From contig NW_015167060.1 in assembly GCF_001447785.1 (NCBI RefSeq), positions 634,514 through 698,513 on the forward strand: a DNA stretch of 64,000 bases. The letters are read 5' to 3'. This DNA is from Gekko japonicus. Taxonomy: Eukaryota. This document shows positions 41,612-64,000 of this stretch, in pieces (position 1 is the first letter of the stretch; each line of letters begins with the position of its first letter). Below the pieces are notes generated by a model. That model made no database searches and had not been told where the DNA came from. It worked only from the letters and a program-made list of their open reading frames with translations. The position numbers were made by a program, and so were the translations under genes.

Positions 41612-43149
41612 ATATATAGTTTTCAACCCCTCTCCCCCTTTTCAGATCTCCTTACCTAGTTGCTGCTTTTATAATTTTGTTGTTTTATGTCCATCAGATG
41701 TTTTATTTAAAAAAGAATTGTTGTAATTTCTTGCATTTCCATTTACAATGAAAAAAGTGGCATAAAAATCTGTTAATAAATTTTTACATCTTTTCAGACA
41801 TGCCATACAAGTGCTTTCAGCCAGAAAATCTTGTCATGCCAGGTAGCAATTTCTCATAACACGAGACTGGCACAAAGTGCAGAACAAGCTTATGTACAAG
41901 TAGCGGGGCTTTTTAGAGCCCAGCTACAGCTTGGACCAAGGATGTACGGTTAGAATAATCTTTATTGCTTAAACTCTGGGTTGGGCATCAGTTTACACAA
42001 CCCCACTGGACATACTTTATGGCCCATATGCCTGAGACCCAGAGACTGCTAGTAGTCTGGGGAATCCTGACATAGCAGTTTCTTCCTACCCATGGTGATG
42101 GCACCACAAAAGCATATAAGGCTTCCTCTGAAATAGAGAAACTGAAAATGTACAGGAAGATCTGTATGTGTGGTTTCTCAGAAGCTAGTAGTCATGTTTT
42201 GCTTTGCCTGTGTCACAGAACCATGTAATGTTACAAGTATGAGGACTTGAAGAAATTTCTCACACAGCTGACAAAAGTATAAAGTATTACAGCTTCAGTG
42301 AGAAAGTGAAATGCCCTATCACAATGGTATTTATTGACAGAAGATGTGGCGATGGCCACTGACTTGTGGCTCTAAAATGGGATTCGGTGAATTAAAAAAC
42401 TTGGGGCTATTTAGGTATTAGTATGGAAGGATCATGATGGGGGCAATGTGCAGGTGACACATAGGTAACAGTACTGCTTGGGGGTCTTCCAGAGTCATCT
42501 GGCTGGCTGATCTAGCAGAGGGCTTGCATTTTTGAAAAACAGCTCTTTTACCTGGGGCTGTAAAGGAAGATACAGTGTTAAGGTTGGGTCAGCCGTCTGA
42601 GCTAAGATAATTTTGATTAGAATTATTACTCAGAACTAGGTACAACTTTTGATAACCCCACTTCTTATTCATAAACCATGGTCAAAGTGGCAAGGAGCAC
42701 ATCAGGTACAAGGGCCTGACAGCTAGCAATTTCTCCCAACACCAACTGGTACAACTGCACTGCATCTAGTTTAACTAGATCTGAAATGCAGAACAAACCT
42801 GTTCACATGTAGAACTTAAGCAGAGCTTTTTGAAAACCAAAGGTTATATGTTACTACCCTTGGGAACAGAAAGAAATAAGGATCACCTGAATTGCTTATG
42901 TCACTCTGTAGAACTGTTGTGTTAAAAAACAAAAACAAACCAGAGGTGTTCCTTTAGGGTTTACATGCCACGACCAGAAAGGCAAATAGTGTTCCAGATA
43001 GGTATGAGAAGCTGACAAACATTAATTTATATGAAAGGTACATGTGTTATCTATATAGTTTTTCTCTCCTGGAGTGCACTGGGAATTTTGAAAACAAGTA
43101 GGCATACTTCCTGGGATCAGGAAAGTTTAGATTTACAACTTACAAACCA

Positions 43150-44050
43150 TATTGAATTATTCAGGGTTGCAAACTACCAAGGAGACCATGAGGAGCTCTC
43201 TAAAGTAAGCAGATAACAAAACAGTAGATGAAATTAGTGCAAGTGATGGAATAATTATTTACATGGGAAAAATCTGAATTTCACATGTAAGGGTTGTCTT
43301 AACAAAACAGTAGATGAAATTAGTGCAAATCTGAATTTCACATGTAAGGGTTGTTTGAGAACATCCAGAAAAGGGATCGTGGGACCATGGTTGAAAGCTT
43401 GAGAACATCTAAACCAAGTACGCTGTGGTTATACAAAGTGAAGGATGATCAGAAAGGGACTGCAAATAGTATTGTAAGTATCCACATGCTGTTGTTTGAT
43501 GGCCTGGCTCCACCTGGAACACTATTTACCAACTCTGTTCATAGAATAGGAAAAGATTCAGAAACGAGATAAAGGGCTTGAAGCTCCTTTTCCCCCAAGA
43601 TAGGACTAAAATGGTTGGAACTTTGTAGTCCATATAAAGATAGCTAAGGAGGGAACGTTTCAAAACTATGAACAGTACAGAGCAGTTAGAATTCTGCTTC
43701 ATTATACTGAATTCAGAGCACCCAGTAAATTGGCACCAGATTAAGGAAAGGCAAATTGTTCTTTTCTCATGGTGCATAATTAACTTGCTAATTCAATGTG
43801 CGCATATTTTTTAAAAAGAAAAACCTAGGGAATAGAGCTATCAGCAATAGGAATCTTCCTGTTCAGAGGCTATATACCTCTAATACCAGATTCTGGGGAC
43901 AAACATTAGAAAGCTATTTGTCCTCCCATCCTGCTTGGGAGTTTTCCAGAAGCATCTGGCTGGCAGCTACTGTAAACAGAATGTTTGTGTATTGGATGGA
44001 CATATCCTGGGGACAAACATTAGAAAGCTATTTGTTCTCCCATCCTTCTG
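43150..44050 (+). mobile_element. Highly decayed CR1 fragment
   Basis: EKGSWD/ERDLG-like and gaaattggcaccagattaaggaaagg remnants; boundaries approximate. Confidence 0.5.
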
Positions 44051-47000
44051 AACCATGAAGACACCTCTTTTTCTTTCTAAATCCCACTTGTTCCTCTAGT
44101 TGTTCTAGCTTTGATTCTTGGCTAAATATATGCAAACACTATAAACATCAATGTAATAGATTTACAATTAAACACATAAATGTCACTTATTCTTGCTATA
44201 GAATGTAAGTTCCCCTGGAGCAGATGCTGAGTAATTTTTATTTGGGTTGCTAAATAGAAACAGATCCGACTATATGCTTTCTTTAGCCAAGGTGTCAGTT
44301 ATGCCTCCCTCCTGAAATATCATTGCGAGCACCAACCTGATGCAATCTTTCGGCTATGCTCCTGCAGAGTGCAAGGGGTTGGACTAGATGACCTGCAAGG
44401 TACCTTCCAACTCTAACACTCTGTGATCTAATAGTAGGAAAGGAGCTAGTGGTTATGGGATTACTTAGCAGCCCATCAAACTACCAAAGTAGATTAAACC
44501 AAAGAGGTTCTTCCTTTTTCTAGTTCTATTCCTAATTAAACCAAAGAGGTTCTTCCTTTTTCTGTTTCCATTCTTTTGATTAAGAGCATAAGGTAGCCAT
44601 TGAGAAAAGGAACAGGACGATCCCCATCTGCTGTATTCACTACTTCACGCTCTTTACTCTGCTGTTCTTTTTCATTGCAACAGGTGTCCACAAAGCCAGT
44701 AATTTGGTCTAATAGTAACTAGGAGTTTAATGGTACTAGGTGACCCATACTCCAGATGCTGTTTGACCTTATGCAAGTCAATTGATTTTTTAATTCTTCA
44801 GTGCGGTTTACTGAAAGAATGATGAGTTGCTTCACTGATGTGGTACAAGGAGGACCATGCAACTGTTCGCACAGTAAAAAATACTATGTTACACAATCAA
44901 AAAGGCTGCCATCCATGATGCGCCTTACTGAAGTAAACAGCATCCCAGGAGACAGAAAGGCCTCTTTGTACTTAGGAATTAACAGGACTGGAGCCCATCA
45001 TGCATTTTGGATAAGAATGAGATGCTGTGAAGTACCCACCATCTTTCAGCGACACAAATAGTATCTTGCTAGAGTGAAAGGGGGTGAGACCTGTGCAGAT
45101 TGCAGACCGCATCAGGCTTTCTGTGTTGGCAGCTAGTCTGGGTCCAAGCCAGGCTCTCTAGATCCTGTGAAGTTGAGCCACTGCCCAAGTCCCCTTGCTC
45201 CTTGGTGCTAGCTACAGGCAGCAATTACACCATACACACAGCCACTGTGTCCAAATGTCAGTTTATCTTTCAGCACGAAAGATTTCACAGTATCAAAAAG
45301 GAAATAATTATAAAGAAACCCCAGATAGGCTAATCTGCCTGTGATTTATGGCATGGCCTATACCCTCTGGGAAGTAGGATGGGCTCAAGTCTCTACTCCC
45401 AGCCTCAGTAGTGGGGGAGAGGGCCTGGGTAGCACCAGAAATGGGGGTCAGAGAGCCACCACAGCTTAAACACTGCTGCACTTTGACCTGTCAAGTACAT
45501 GTCACAAACCATCAAGGGAAGGTATAGGCAAGAAAACCAGCCCAAGCAACAGAGTAAGGAAAGAAGGCTGTTTGCCCTTCTGTGCTTCTGCTAAGATGTT
45601 GGGAAACCAAAGGCAAACTCCCCTGAGTGGGCTGGCAGGACAGCCAGGACATCAGGTGGGATGACCCCCCCGCCCCCAACTAGCAGAATGATCAGGAGTA
45701 ATGGGTGACAGCAGAGTTCAGGGGAACAGCTAAGCCCAATGAAGCTCAAGAATGAACCTGACAACACACCTCTCAGGGAAGTGGCCTCATGTGTTCAAAG
45801 CCAAAACATCGTGGGCTCAACTACATGGAGGCACGTCAAAGAAGACACAGTGTCACCGCAGCTCTACCCTTTATCAAGGGATACTCTACCACCAGCTTTC
45901 TGGGGTCTTCCCTCTGATCCTATTCTTCCTGGACTTTGCTATTGGCACTGCGTTGGGGCATCACAACCCTTTTACCAGTGATGCCCCAGGACTTTGCTAT
46001 TGGCACTGCGTTGGGGCTGGGCTGTGATGAATGAACATCACAACCCTTTTACCAGTGTTTGATTCTCCCATAAAAGCCCAGAGGTCACAGGGCTCCTCTC
46101 AGGCAGTTGTGGGATGACAAAAAAAAAATCCCTCTAGTGGCAGCAACTCATGTGATATGAAGCCGCAAACATCCAGGGGTACTAAGTTCTGGCATGAAAC
46201 CAGGCAGAACTGTTACTTCCCCAACTCTCATTAGGGCTACCAAGCATATTTGAGGGGGGAGTGGCGATGCAGAGTACTCCAGCTGAGGAGATTATTCTGC
46301 AAGCAGGCAACAGTAGTAACCAACGACATCAGGGCTGAAGGGGAGAAAAGAGTCACACTTCCCATCTGATTTGAGATACATGCTTAGGAGCCAGTGGGGC
46401 TAATGTTCTGCAGTGCTTGGACCTAGGGCTGTACTATGTCGGAGAAACTTCCCACATGAATGTCACTTCCATGAAGGAATCACAAACACAGTCATGTTTG
46501 AAGCACACAAACACATATACTACTGCAGGGACCTGGGGCCAATTGGTGTCTTTCTGTTGTGTGTAAATACGGTAAAATAGGTGCAACACTCATCCAGACA
46601 TGGGGAACGTGCAGTTCCCTACATGGAAGTGAGATCTGGCCGGCTGTCTTGTGTGACAGTAGGCTTAAGCTTCATTACAACATACTCGAAGTCCACTGAT
46701 TGGGATTCTATTGTTCAGATGTTACAGGAGTTATTGGCTCACAGTGGTGTACTTAAGGAGAATCCGCTCATCACCAGAGAACAGGCTCTTGGGAAGACAA
46801 CCAAGACTGCAGAGCATGGCATGCCAGTTGAGATAACAGTGTTCCCTGAGAGGTAGGGTAGTCCAGCTAGGGTCCTCAGGATGTGTGCAGTTTTCAGGAG
46901 GCTGTAGAGGCAGCTTCATTACACCCCAAAGTGCTGCCGCCCTGATCATGCAAAGAGATGGTTAGCTTCTCATACCAGAGTCTAAGAGCCCTGGTCGAGG

Positions 47001-47204
47001 GCAGTGCCATGTGCACCTGCTGCCTTTACAGATCAAGAGTATTCAACTTCTGCTGGATCTGAGTGAGAGTCCACTGGAGGAAGGCTCCCTTCCCCCCCGA
47101 ACAGTTGCTGAATTGCTGCAGCTTCCCACCCCCTCACTAGGAAATACCCCTAGGGACCAGAAAAGGCAGAACAAACAACAGAAAAGTTGGGTTTTTTAAA
47201 TAAA

Positions 47205-47327
47205 ATAAAAAATTAAAAAGTCCTTTATTGGGTGCAGCCTGGTCCCTGTGCCACGTTGGGCCTTGGCCGATCAAGACTGCCCCTGGGCTTGGGGCGGCTC
47301 AGTCAGCATCTCCCCGAACGTCGAACA
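47205..47327 (-). other. FAM193B: Probable FAM193B terminal 3'UTR exon with AATAAA (47224-47229)
   Basis: Donor TGAG|gtgtgc 1 nt after the stop; acceptor cctctcag| at 47328; AATAAA followed by a U-rich tract. Confidence 0.6.
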
Positions 47328-47511
47328 CTGAGAGGTGAGGGACACAGGGGCTGTCCAGGCCATGCCTATAGGCTAGGAATGGGAGCCCCATGGATGGGGG
47401 GGAGGGGGAGCAAGGGTTGGTGAGGTCAAGTGTCTGTCTATTGGGTTTGGGGAAGGAGAGGCAAGGTGAGGTGTGGGACCCTGCACATACACCAGGGGTG
47501 CACCGCACACC

Positions 47512-64000
<16,489 letters not shown>

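Overview
This is vertebrate (squamate reptile, probably gecko-like) genomic DNA, not prokaryotic. It carries three intron-containing genes in tandem on the minus strand, in the order known from human 5q35.3: the 3' part of FAM193B (runs off the right edge), a complete 17-exon DDX41 (629 aa) and a complete 5-coding-exon DOK3 (469 aa). I placed every exon by GT/AG boundaries and reading-frame phase. Introns and intergenic DNA hold squamate-type retroelements (Squam2/Squam3-like tRNA SINEs, a 5S-derived SINE, CR1, L2, RTE/BovB, Penelope-like pieces) and several MITEs (hAT-type with 8-bp TSDs, foldback elements). Most short ORFs in the track are spurious. Main oddities: (1) a 34-nt-period duplication that frameshifts the large FAM193B exon; (2) only about 850 nt between the DDX41 stop and the DOK3 ATG, with no canonical poly(A) hexamer but with PU.1/AP-1 motifs; (3) a 137-bp-arm hairpin in DDX41 intron 2; (4) two direct-repeat MITE copies bracketing DOK3+DDX41; (5) a LINE tail abutting a DOK3 splice donor; (6) many local tandem or patchwork duplications. 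I found no convincing evidence of a wholly new biological system. Repeat family names come from recall, not a database search.
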